A stretch of 64,000 nt of DNA from an uncultured delta proteobacterium. Lineage in GTDB: Bacteria > Myxococcota_A > Polyangia > Haliangiales > Haliangiaceae. The stretch spans positions 2,609,341 through 2,673,340 of the forward strand of contig CAVYYE010000003.1 in NCBI GenBank assembly GCA_963772655.1, written 5' to 3'. Made by a program: the position numbers and the translations under genes. Positions 51,479 through 60,211 of the stretch are shown here, one piece after another (position 1 is the first letter of the stretch; the number at the start of each line of letters is the position of its first letter). The notes under the pieces are model-generated. The model saw nothing but the letters and a program-made list of their open reading frames with translations, was not told where the DNA came from and ran no database searches.

Positions 51479-52107
51479 TCGCACGAGCTTTCGCGATCGC
51501 GGTCGTGGCCGTCACGCTATCCGGCGGCCGCGCGCGCGCCGAGATGATCGCGTTGCCAGACCCGCCGACGAGCGCGAGCGACGACACGGACGACGACGCC
51601 ATGCCGTCCATGCTCGGATTCCGGTTCGGGGGTGGCACCGCGGAGCTTCCTCACGGCCCGGTGTTCGAGATGGGCCTCGGGATCGGCGTCGAGCACCACC
51701 TGTTCGGTCGCTGGCGCCTCGGTGGCGAGTACGAGTACCTGTTTCTCTCCGACGACACCGAGCTGATGGCGGGAAACGAACGCGCGCAGACCAGCGTCGG
51801 GCGCGGCCACCGCGCTCACGTCCTGCTGCGTCGCCGGATGCTCGAGAGTCGATGGATTCAAGGGCGCATCCGGTTCTTCGCCGATGCCGAGCTCGGCGGC
51901 GGGATGCTGCTCGCTTCGGTTCCGAGCGAGACGATCGTCGCGCCGCACGCGTTCGTCGGCGTGCGTGCCGGTTACGACATCTCCTCGCTCGGCGACTCGC
52001 GTGGCTCGCGGATCTGGGAATCCGAGATCCTCGTCCGCGCGATCGCGAACCGTCGCGACGGCACCGTCGGGTGGATGTTCGGGATCGGGATGAACTGGGG
52101 CGACTGA
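51475..52107 (+). CDS. secreted hypothetical protein (beta-rich); start codon uncertain (TTG/GTG)
   Basis: C-terminal 210 aa of long ORF; putative signal peptide LIARAFAIAVVAVTLSGGRARA. Confidence 0.4.
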   Translation: MIARAFAIAVVAVTLSGGRARAEMIALPDPPTSASDDTDDDAMPSMLGFRFGGGTAELPHGPVFEMGLGIGVEHHLFGRWRLGGEYEYLFLSDDTELMAGNERAQTSVGRGHRAHVLLRRRMLESRWIQGRIRFFADAELGGGMLLASVPSETIVAPHAFVGVRAGYDISSLGDSRGSRIWESEILVRAIANRRDGTVGWMFGIGMNWGD

Positions 52108-52128
52108 CCCTCTTCGAGCCGGGCTAGA

Positions 52129-52776
52129 TCACGTGGGGAGATCGAGCCAGCGCATCGCGTGCGGCCAGTCGTTCTTCAGCATGCCGCGCACGCACCACAG
52201 CTGACACAGCGCCTCGATCGGCCGCGCCGACTGCACGCCCCCCATGTCCGCCGTGTGCCATCCGAACGCGGTGAGGATCTCGGTGACCGTGGCCTTCGCA
52301 CCATCGTCGTCGCCGCAGATGAACATCGTCGGCGTCGGCTGGAACGCAGGCTTGACCATGAACGCGTTGCCGATGCTGTTGAACGCCTTCACGAACTTCG
52401 CCTGGGGCACCTTGGCCTGCAAGCGCTCCATCAGCGACTCGTTGGCCTTCGTGAAGTAACGGATCACGCCGTTGTCGGGCTTCTCGTCGGCGATCGGGTT
52501 GGTCGCGTCGATCACGACCTTGCCAGCGATGCTGCCGGCGATGTCGCCGACGATGCTCTCGACGGCCGTCCCCTTGACGGCGAGCACGACCACGTCGCCC
52601 CACTTCGCGGCTTCAGCGAACGTGCCCGCCGAGGCGTCGCCCTTGGCACTCGACTTCCACTCGTCGAGCTTCTTGGGGTCGCGCGACGCGCGCATCACGG
52701 CGTCACCGCGATCGAGGAAACCCTTGGCCAGCGCCGCACCGACCTGACCGGAACCGAGGATGGCGATCTTCTTCAT
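52129..52776 (-). CDS. NADPH-dependent F420 reductase-like oxidoreductase (NpdG/ProC-like Rossmann)
   Basis: MKKIAILGSGQVGAALAKGF dinucleotide-binding motif; 215 aa; upstream part of the ORF rejected. Confidence 0.8.
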   Translation of the reverse strand: MKKIAILGSGQVGAALAKGFLDRGDAVMRASRDPKKLDEWKSSAKGDASAGTFAEAAKWGDVVVLAVKGTAVESIVGDIAGSIAGKVVIDATNPIADEKPDNGVIRYFTKANESLMERLQAKVPQAKFVKAFNSIGNAFMVKPAFQPTPTMFICGDDDGAKATVTEILTAFGWHTADMGGVQSARPIEALCQLWCVRGMLKNDWPHAMRWLDLPT

Positions 52777-53738
52777 GCCGCCGACCTTCGCATAGCTCCG
52801 CGTGGCTTGTTCGGGAGTGCGTCGCGCATCCGCGCCGCTCCGGTCTTCAAGTAGAACGACCAGTAGCCGATGTGCCGGCCGTAGCGGCGGCGGATCTCGC
52901 ACTCGTCGAACGAGGCGCCGTACAACGCCGGACCATCGCCCGCGAACACCGCCCGGGGCACGTCGTCCATCCGACCGAGGCCGCGGAGCAGGATCGCCGC
53001 CGCCGAGAACGGCCCGATGCCCGGGATGCGAAGAAGAGCATCGCGTGCCTCCGTATACGGTGCCTCGCACAGGATCGTCTCGCCGATCGCAGCGACGCCG
53101 CGCACCACGTTCGCGATCTGCTCGCCCCTGCGCCGGTTTCCGATCGCCTCGGAGATATCCTCGGGATCGAGCGCGACCAGACCGTCGAGCTCGGGGAACG
53201 CGCGCAGCGTGGTATCGCCGACTCGGACCTCGAGTCCGAACCGCTCGAGGAACCGCCGCTTGAGCGTGGCCGCCATCGCGATCGGCGCGCGCTGCATCAT
53301 CACGCAGTACACCGCGATCTCCGCGAGGGTCAAAAACCTCACGTGATGCAGCCCGTGTAGCGAACCTACGATCGAAGGCTTCGCGAGCGGGCACCCAGCC
53401 GGGAGGTCGACCGCGGAAGCGAAGCCGAGCAAGAAAGCCATCACCGGATCGCCCTCGGCCGCATCGTAGAACGGTGCCAAGTCGTCCCGGGCACCGACGA
53501 AGTCCGCCGCCACGCGCGCGACGCGATCGATCGATCGCCGCTCGGTGTCGATCACCAGCTCGCCGTCGCGATCGAACAACGTGAACGGCACCGCGCGACC
53601 GTCGATCGCGATCGCCGCGGTGAGCGATCGATCGCCGAGCACGTAGTCGGTGCTGACCGGCAGGAACCGCCGGATGAAGGTCAGCGTGTGGTCGAACGAG
53701 AACGGCTGGGTGGTCGCGATCGTGCGCTGCATGTCCAC
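52773..53738 (-). CDS. alkA: DNA-3-methyladenine glycosylase II (AlkA-like), HhH-GPD family
   Basis: HhH-GPD motif LLRIPGIGPFSAAAILLRGLGRMD with catalytic Asp; 4-bp overlap with downstream reductase gene. Confidence 0.8.
   Translation of the reverse strand: MDMQRTIATTQPFSFDHTLTFIRRFLPVSTDYVLGDRSLTAAIAIDGRAVPFTLFDRDGELVIDTERRSIDRVARVAADFVGARDDLAPFYDAAEGDPVMAFLLGFASAVDLPAGCPLAKPSIVGSLHGLHHVRFLTLAEIAVYCVMMQRAPIAMAATLKRRFLERFGLEVRVGDTTLRAFPELDGLVALDPEDISEAIGNRRRGEQIANVVRGVAAIGETILCEAPYTEARDALLRIPGIGPFSAAAILLRGLGRMDDVPRAVFAGDGPALYGASFDECEIRRRYGRHIGYWSFYLKTGAARMRDALPNKPRGAMRRSAA
53380..53430. repeat. copy B of ~50-bp dispersed repeat (inside alkA-like CDS)
   Basis: CTTCGCGAGCGGGCACCCAGCCGGGAGGTCGACCGCGGAAGCGAAGCCGA; encodes FASAVDLPAGCPLAKP on minus strand. 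Confidence 0.6.
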
Positions 53739-53812
53739 GTGATATGCGACCGGAGTGTCAGCCTCTTGTCAGGTTTGAATGGCGGACCAACGCTCGCGAC
53801 GCGAGCGAACGC

Positions 53813-55138
53813 TCACCCCAGCTTCTTGTAGGGGGATTTGCCGGTGACCTTCGTGTAGACGTGATACCCGAGCCAGCGAAACGGCTCGGGCGGGATGCCC
53901 GAGGGACGCAGGTTGTAGAACGCGCAGTCCTTCCAGGCGTCGCGATTGCCATCGTAGAGGTCGGCGATCACGCGACCCGCGAGGTTCGCGAGCGTGATGC
54001 CGTGGCCGCTGTAGCCGAGCCCGTAATACACGTTGTCGTGATCGCCGATCACGCCGATGCCGCAGTGCCGCGGAAGCGTGAGATCGAGCGGACCGCTCCA
54101 GCGATGCGCGAGCGGAACGTCGGCGAGCTCGGGGAAGTAGCGCAGCATCGATCCGTGGAGCGCGCGGGTCGCGTGGTCGCCGAGCTTCGCGTCGTAGGTG
54201 GTCGCGTTGTTGAACCGGTAGCCGTACGACGCGGTGGTGCCGCCGCCGAAGATCATCCGGCGCTGGTGATCGACGCAGCCGTACGCGAGGCGCGGCAGGT
54301 CGTCGAACCAGCCGGCGAGCTTGCCGAGGCCGAGGCGATCGACGGTCGCCTCGGGCAGCGGCTCGGTCGCGATCACGTGCGAGATCACCGGCAAGAGGCC
54401 GCCGCGAAAATATCCGAGCCGCGGCGTGTAGCCACTGGTCGCGAGCACGATCGCCTTCGCGCGCACGGTGTGCCCGCCGGCCACGAGCTCGATCGTCGCG
54501 CCCTCGCGGATCCGTTCGACCGGCGTGCCCTCGTAGATCTTCACGCCGCGCTCGACCAGCACCGGCCGCAACGCGCGCACGAGATCGACGCCGGCGAGCT
54601 GCGCCTCCGTCGGATCGAGCACCGCCCCGTACGCGTTCTCGATTCGCAACACGCCGGGCAGCTCGTCGCGGGTCAGGTAGCGCACGGGCACGCCGCGCTC
54701 GCCGAGGAGCTCGACGATGCGGTGCGCTTCTTCGGCTGACTCCGTGGTGGTCGACACGTGCACGCAACCGTCGCGGCGAAACCGCACCGGCAGCTCGTGC
54801 TCGCGGATCATCGCCTCGATGCCGTCGATCGCCTCGCGGGTGACCCGGTGCTCGCGCGCCATCACGTCGGGATCGATGTCCTTCACCGTGATGCCGTTGA
54901 GGACGAGCCCGCCGTTGCGCCCGCTCGCGCCGTTGCCGAGTCGCGTGGCCTCGAACAGGGCGATGCCGAGCTCGGGATGGCGACCGGCGAGGTGATATGC
55001 GGTGGTCACGCCGGTGAACCCGCCACCGACGATCGCGACGTCGACCTCGAGATCGCGGTCGAGCGCCGCCGCCGGCCGATCTGCCGGCGCGTCGACCACC
55101 CACGACGAGATGTTGTCGTCGAACGAGCGATCCGACAT
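53813..55138 (-). CDS. FAD-dependent oxidoreductase (DAO family; gamma-glutamylputrescine oxidase/amine oxidase-like)
   Basis: VDVAIVGGGFTGVTTAYHLA FAD-binding Rossmann; 441 aa. Confidence 0.85.
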   Translation of the reverse strand: MSDRSFDDNISSWVVDAPADRPAAALDRDLEVDVAIVGGGFTGVTTAYHLAGRHPELGIALFEATRLGNGASGRNGGLVLNGITVKDIDPDVMAREHRVTREAIDGIEAMIREHELPVRFRRDGCVHVSTTTESAEEAHRIVELLGERGVPVRYLTRDELPGVLRIENAYGAVLDPTEAQLAGVDLVRALRPVLVERGVKIYEGTPVERIREGATIELVAGGHTVRAKAIVLATSGYTPRLGYFRGGLLPVISHVIATEPLPEATVDRLGLGKLAGWFDDLPRLAYGCVDHQRRMIFGGGTTASYGYRFNNATTYDAKLGDHATRALHGSMLRYFPELADVPLAHRWSGPLDLTLPRHCGIGVIGDHDNVYYGLGYSGHGITLANLAGRVIADLYDGNRDAWKDCAFYNLRPSGIPPEPFRWLGYHVYTKVTGKSPYKKLG

Positions 55139-55144
55139 CGATGG

Positions 55145-56575
55145 CTAGACCACGCCCGCGAAGCTGACGAGCTTGGTCTCGAGGTTGTCGTAGAGCCCCT
55201 CGCGCCCGCACTCGTGGCCGACACCGCTGTCCTTGCGACCGGAGAACGGTGCCTCGGTGGCCTGCGGCGCCCAGTCGTTGACGCCGATCATGCCGAACTC
55301 GAGGCGCTCGTAGGCGTGCATCGCCGCGCGCAGGTCGTTGGTGAACACGTACGCGGCGAGCCCGTAGCGCGTGGCGTTGGCCTGCACGATCGCCTCGTCG
55401 AGCTTGGCGAACGAGGTCAGCGCGAACAGCGGCCCGAACACCTCGTCGGTGTACGCCGGCATCGACGCCTGGATGCCCGACAGCACGGTCGGCTCGAGGA
55501 AGTAGCCCTTGCGAGCGGGTCGCTTGCCGCCCGCTCGCACCTTGGCCCCCGCGGCGGTCGCCTGCGCGATCAACCCCTCGACGCGATCGCGGTGACGCGG
55601 GCTGATCAGCGGTCCGACGCGACTCGCCGGATCGGTGCCCGGCCCGACCGGAAGCTTGCGGGTCTCCTCGACGACGACCTCCTCGAACGCCTTCGCCTTC
55701 GCCGCATCGATCATGAACCGCTGCGGCGACACGCAGACCTGCCCGGCGTTGCGGAACTTCGCGGACACCGCACTCTTCGCCACCGCCTCGATGTCGGCGT
55801 CGGGCAGCACCAGCACGGGCGCGTTGCCGCCGAGCTCGAGCGACAGTCGCGTCATCGTCTTCGACGCGCCGTCCATCAGGATGCGGCCGACGGGCACGCT
55901 ACCGGTGAAGCTGATCTTGCGCAGCTCGGGATGATCGAGCATCGCCTTACCCATCGCGGCCGGATCGCCGTTGACGACGTTGATCGCGCCAGCCGGTACT
56001 CCGGCTTCCGCGAGCAACTCCCCCATCGCCATCCCCGACAGCGGGGTCAGCTCCGACGGCCGCATCACGACGGTGCAGCCGGCCGCCAGCGCCGCGGCGA
56101 CCGCGCGCGCCGGGTTGTAGGCCGGAAAGTTCCACGCCGTGATCACGCCGACGACACCGATCGGCTCGTGGAGCACGAGGATCCGCTTGCCCGCGACCCG
56201 CGACGGCACGGTGTGGCCGCTCACGCGCTTACCCTCCTCGGCGAAGAACTCGAACAGATCGCCGGCGATCTTCCACTCGCGCACGGCGTCGCCTCGCGGC
56301 TTGCCGCTCTCGCGCACCGTCACATCGGCGAGCTGTTCCGCGCGTTCGCGCATCAGGTTCGCCGCACGGATCAAGATCGCGCCACGGTCGTACGCGGTGC
56401 GTGCCCGCCATGCCGGCAGCGCCGCGTGCGCCGCATCGATCGCTCGGTTGGTATCGGCGGCGCCACCGAACGGCAACGACGCGATCGTCTCCTCGGTTCC
56501 GGGATCGATCAGGTCCCAGCGACCACCGTCGATCGCGTCGACCCAGTTTCCATCGATGAGTAGTTGCTGCTTCAT
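55145..56575 (-). CDS. NAD(P)-dependent aldehyde dehydrogenase (succinate-semialdehyde / aminoaldehyde dehydrogenase-like)
   Basis: ALDH catalytic motifs LELGGNAP and FRNAGQVCVSPQR (Cys nucleophile), GSVPVGRILM. Confidence 0.9.
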   Translation of the reverse strand: MKQQLLIDGNWVDAIDGGRWDLIDPGTEETIASLPFGGAADTNRAIDAAHAALPAWRARTAYDRGAILIRAANLMRERAEQLADVTVRESGKPRGDAVREWKIAGDLFEFFAEEGKRVSGHTVPSRVAGKRILVLHEPIGVVGVITAWNFPAYNPARAVAAALAAGCTVVMRPSELTPLSGMAMGELLAEAGVPAGAINVVNGDPAAMGKAMLDHPELRKISFTGSVPVGRILMDGASKTMTRLSLELGGNAPVLVLPDADIEAVAKSAVSAKFRNAGQVCVSPQRFMIDAAKAKAFEEVVVEETRKLPVGPGTDPASRVGPLISPRHRDRVEGLIAQATAAGAKVRAGGKRPARKGYFLEPTVLSGIQASMPAYTDEVFGPLFALTSFAKLDEAIVQANATRYGLAAYVFTNDLRAAMHAYERLEFGMIGVNDWAPQATEAPFSGRKDSGVGHECGREGLYDNLETKLVSFAGVV

Positions 56576-56577
56576 GG

Positions 56578-57930
56578 CTAGACTCCGTTGACCTCGACGT
56601 GGTGGAGCGCCTCGGCGATCACGGCGAGTCCCTCGCGAACCTCGTCCTCGGTGATCGTCAACGGCGGCATGAACCGGATGCAATTCGAGTACAACCCCGC
56701 GCGGATCAGCACCACGCCGTTACCGACGGCTCGCTTGATCGCGGCCAGCGCGTGCTGGGGAGCAGGCGTCCGCGCCTGGCGATCGGTGACCAGCTCGATC
56801 AGGAGCATCGGTCCCTCGCCGCGAACGTCGCCGATCAACGTGCCCGCCGCCTGCATCTTCTCGAGCTCGGTGCGCATGATCTCTCCGATCCGGCGAGCGT
56901 GATCGAAGAATGCGGGCGTGTTGATCTGCTTGATCGCCTCGATCGCGGCGACGCACGCCACCGGACTACCTCCGTAGGTGCCGCCGACGCCGCCGAGGTG
57001 CGGCGCATCCATGATCTCCGCGCGTCCGGTGGTCGCGCTGATCGGCATGCCCGCACCGAGGGACTTGGCGGTCGTGATGACGTCCGGCACCACGCCCGCG
57101 TGCTCGACGGCGAACAGCGTCCCGGTGCGTCCGAATCCGGTCTGCACCTCGTCCGCGATCATCACGATGCCGTGCTGGTCGCAGAGCTCGCGGATCCGGC
57201 GCAGGAACCGGTGCGGCATCGGAATGAACCCGGCCTCGCCCTGCACCGGCTCGATGATGATCGCGGCGAGCGCCGACGGATCGATCTGCGCGACCATCGC
57301 GCGGTCGAGTGCCGCGATGCAGGCATCCGTGTACGCCTCCTCGGTCATCTCGTTCATCGCCGCCGGCCGGTGGTAGTAGTCGGGCGCGGCGATCCGGTAG
57401 ACCTCGGGTGCGAACGGTCCGAATCCCTGCTTGAACAACCCGTACTTGCTGGTCAGCGTCAGCGTCAGGAGCGTGCGGCCGTGATAGCCGCCCTCGAAAC
57501 ACAGCACGCCCGCACGTTTGGTGTGAGCGCGAGCGACCTTGATCGCGTTCTCCACCGCCTCGGCGCCGCTGTTGCCGAGCAGCGTCTTCTTCGGAAACTT
57601 CCCCGGCGTGACGGCATTCAGCAACTCGCACAGCGCGACGTACGGCTCGTAGGTGGTGACCAGCGCGCAGGTGTGAAGAAGCTGCTTGGCCTGCTGCTCG
57701 ATCGCGGCGACCACCTTCGGCGGACAGTGTCCGACGCCGATCATGCCGATACCGCCGGCGAGATCGATCAGGGTGTTGCCGTCGACATCGGTCACCAGCG
57801 CGCCACGACCGCTCGCGACCACGACGTCGGTCGATCTCGCGAGCCCTCGCATCACGGCGTTCGCTCGCCGATCGAGGATCGCACGACTCTTCGGACCCGG
57901 AATCTCGGTGACCTTGTGGATCGCTCCCAT
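56578..57930 (-). CDS. gabT: 4-aminobutyrate aminotransferase-like class III PLP aminotransferase
   Basis: IADEVQTGFGRTG and ITTAKSLGAG (PLP-binding Lys) motifs; 4-bp overlap (ATGA) with downstream aldehyde dehydrogenase. Confidence 0.9.
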   Translation of the reverse strand: MGAIHKVTEIPGPKSRAILDRRANAVMRGLARSTDVVVASGRGALVTDVDGNTLIDLAGGIGMIGVGHCPPKVVAAIEQQAKQLLHTCALVTTYEPYVALCELLNAVTPGKFPKKTLLGNSGAEAVENAIKVARAHTKRAGVLCFEGGYHGRTLLTLTLTSKYGLFKQGFGPFAPEVYRIAAPDYYHRPAAMNEMTEEAYTDACIAALDRAMVAQIDPSALAAIIIEPVQGEAGFIPMPHRFLRRIRELCDQHGIVMIADEVQTGFGRTGTLFAVEHAGVVPDVITTAKSLGAGMPISATTGRAEIMDAPHLGGVGGTYGGSPVACVAAIEAIKQINTPAFFDHARRIGEIMRTELEKMQAAGTLIGDVRGEGPMLLIELVTDRQARTPAPQHALAAIKRAVGNGVVLIRAGLYSNCIRFMPPLTITEDEVREGLAVIAEALHHVEVNGV

Positions 57931-57963
57931 GCGCGAACGGTCGCACGAATTCCGGTCGGGCAC

Positions 57964-58629
57964 CTACGGGTACGGCACGTCCCGATCGGCGGGCAACACC
58001 AGCACCACGCCGTAGCCATCGCACACGGGGTCGTCGATGTATCCGGCGATCAGGCCGCGAAGCTCGAAGCCGATCTTGCGCTGCGCCGACACCGTCGGAT
58101 CGGAGCGCGTGCCGGCAACCAGCTCGTCGTAGTAGGCCTCGGCGGAGAGGTGATCCTTGACCACGCCATAACCGCTCGGCATCCCGACCGTGACCTGGCC
58201 GTCGAGCCCGAGCCGACGTACGACCTCGTGACGGGCGGCATAGAGGGCGCGCGCGATCCCGCGACCGCGATAGTCCGGATGGGTACCGACGTCGGCCCCG
58301 TAGAGCCACGGGCCGGTCGGATCGTGCGAGGTCAGGTAGCCGCCCTGGATGATGTCGGCGAAGGTGTGGTTCGGGTGATCGAAGTCGAAGCGGTAGCGGA
58401 TCGTCGAGGTCATGCCGACGACGCGATCACCGGCGTTGGTATCGATCACGCAACACTGACCGTCGGGAAATAGCTCGACGTGCCTGGCGTAGTGGCGGGC
58501 CTCGAAGCGCTCGGCGGGCGCCAGCGTCGGGAACACGATGCGCTGCAGCTCCTCGAGCTGCGCGTAGTGCTCGGGCCCGGTACGCACGACCGCGAGGCCG
58601 TCGCCGAACCGATGGATCGCGTCGGTCAC
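57964..58629 (-). CDS. GNAT family N-acetyltransferase
   Basis: Acetyl-CoA binding region HPDYRGRGIARALYAARHEVVRRLG; 221 aa; paralogous to N-terminal domain of next gene. Confidence 0.8.
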   Translation of the reverse strand: MTDAIHRFGDGLAVVRTGPEHYAQLEELQRIVFPTLAPAERFEARHYARHVELFPDGQCCVIDTNAGDRVVGMTSTIRYRFDFDHPNHTFADIIQGGYLTSHDPTGPWLYGADVGTHPDYRGRGIARALYAARHEVVRRLGLDGQVTVGMPSGYGVVKDHLSAEAYYDELVAGTRSDPTVSAQRKIGFELRGLIAGYIDDPVCDGYGVVLVLPADRDVPYP

Positions 58630-60164
58630 ACCTCGCTCCGCTTACCACCCTCGGTGTAACGCACGGCGTAGAGATCCGTGCGCCGGTCGAGCCACGTGCG
58701 GATGCCGGCGGTGAGGCGGTAGCGGCGCAGCGCCTCGATGTCGAGCTCCTGCACCACCATGGTCTCGACATTCGGCGTTGCCTCCTCGGCCACACCGTCG
58801 CGCGAGAACGCGACGTCGCTCGGCGTCAGGATGCAGGCCTCGCCGTAGTGGATGTCGGCGCCCTGAACGAACGGCAGGTTTCCGATCGGACCGGCGAGCA
58901 CGGCGTACATGCCGTTCTCGATGCAGCGCGCCGCGGAGCACGACCGGATCCGCATGTAGCCCGAGCGGATGTCGGTGTTGAACGGCACGAACAGCAGCAT
59001 CGCTCCCTTGGAGGTCGCCACCCGGACGACCTCGGGGAACGACACGTCGTCACCGATCATGATCGAGATCTTGCCGCGGTCGGTATCGAACACGCCGATC
59101 TCGCTGCCCGGCGAGACGCCCCACCAGCGCAGCTCCGACGACGAGATGTGCAGCTTGAACTGGCGCTCGACCGAACCGTCGCGGCGAAACAGCGAGGCGA
59201 TGTTGTAGAGCTTGCCGCCCTCCTTCGTCAGGTGGCTGCCCCCGATGATGTTGAGGTTGTACTTCATCGCCATCTTGATGAAGAACTCGTTGTACGCCTT
59301 GGTGAACTCGTCGAGCCGACGCGCGGTCGCCGACGATTCCGGAGCCGGTACCAGGACCTGCAGCTGGTTGGTCACCATCTCCGGAAACAACAAGAAGTCC
59401 ATCCGATACTCGGACGCGGTGTCGATGAAGAACTCGCACTGCTTCGAGAACTGCTCGAAGCTCTCGATCGGCCGCATCTGGTACTGGACGGCCGCGACAC
59501 GCACGGTGCGCACGGCGGCTGGCATGTCGTCGGGGTGGTGCGTCGGGTTCAGCCACTCCATGAACACCGCGTAGCCACTCGACTCGGTGTCCGACGGCAG
59601 GTAGCCGCGGAACACCTCGCGCACGCTGAACCCCTGTGCGAGCTGTGCGGTGAGCACGGGATCCTTGTCCTTGAGGTCCTTGCGGATGACGCGCCGGACG
59701 TACTCCTCGGCGGTCATCTTGTCGGCCTGTTTTCCGTAGCCGGGGATCCGGCCGGCGATCAGGATCGCGCGCAGGTTGCGCTGGCGAGCGAGCTCCTTGC
59801 GAGCCTCGTAGATCCGGCGCGTCAGGTGTACGCCACGGTGCTTGGGATCGACCGCGATGTCGATGCCGTACAGCGTGTCTCCCTCGGGATCGTGGTTGCG
59901 GATGTAGCCGTGGTCGCTGACCTCGTCGAACGTGTGGTAGGCGCCGAAATCCTCCTCGTCGACGATCAGCGAGCTCGAGGTGGCGACCAGCTGGCCATCG
60001 ATCTCGACGCCGATCTGACCTTCCGGAAAGATCGCGAGCTGGCTCTCGAGTTGGTCCTTGGTCCACGGCTCGATCGGAAACGACCGCTTCTGGATCTCCT
60101 GGATGGCGCGCAGGTCGGACTTGCGAAGCTGGCGAACCAAGAGTCGGGCGCGGGACTGAGACAT
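58626..60164 (-). CDS. bifunctional GNAT N-acetyltransferase / carbon-nitrogen hydrolase (nitrilase superfamily) protein
   Basis: N-terminal GNAT (DPKHRGVHLTRRIYEARKELA), C-terminal CN-hydrolase (VAAVQYQM..., FPEM, catalytic Cys in YGEACILTP region). Confidence 0.85.
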   Translation of the reverse strand: MSQSRARLLVRQLRKSDLRAIQEIQKRSFPIEPWTKDQLESQLAIFPEGQIGVEIDGQLVATSSSLIVDEEDFGAYHTFDEVSDHGYIRNHDPEGDTLYGIDIAVDPKHRGVHLTRRIYEARKELARQRNLRAILIAGRIPGYGKQADKMTAEEYVRRVIRKDLKDKDPVLTAQLAQGFSVREVFRGYLPSDTESSGYAVFMEWLNPTHHPDDMPAAVRTVRVAAVQYQMRPIESFEQFSKQCEFFIDTASEYRMDFLLFPEMVTNQLQVLVPAPESSATARRLDEFTKAYNEFFIKMAMKYNLNIIGGSHLTKEGGKLYNIASLFRRDGSVERQFKLHISSSELRWWGVSPGSEIGVFDTDRGKISIMIGDDVSFPEVVRVATSKGAMLLFVPFNTDIRSGYMRIRSCSAARCIENGMYAVLAGPIGNLPFVQGADIHYGEACILTPSDVAFSRDGVAEEATPNVETMVVQELDIEALRRYRLTAGIRTWLDRRTDLYAVRYTEGGKRSEV

Positions 60165-60211
60165 CTTGGCAACCTACCGCAACGGTCGCGTCCCGGCTCC
60201 GCGGGCCAAGC

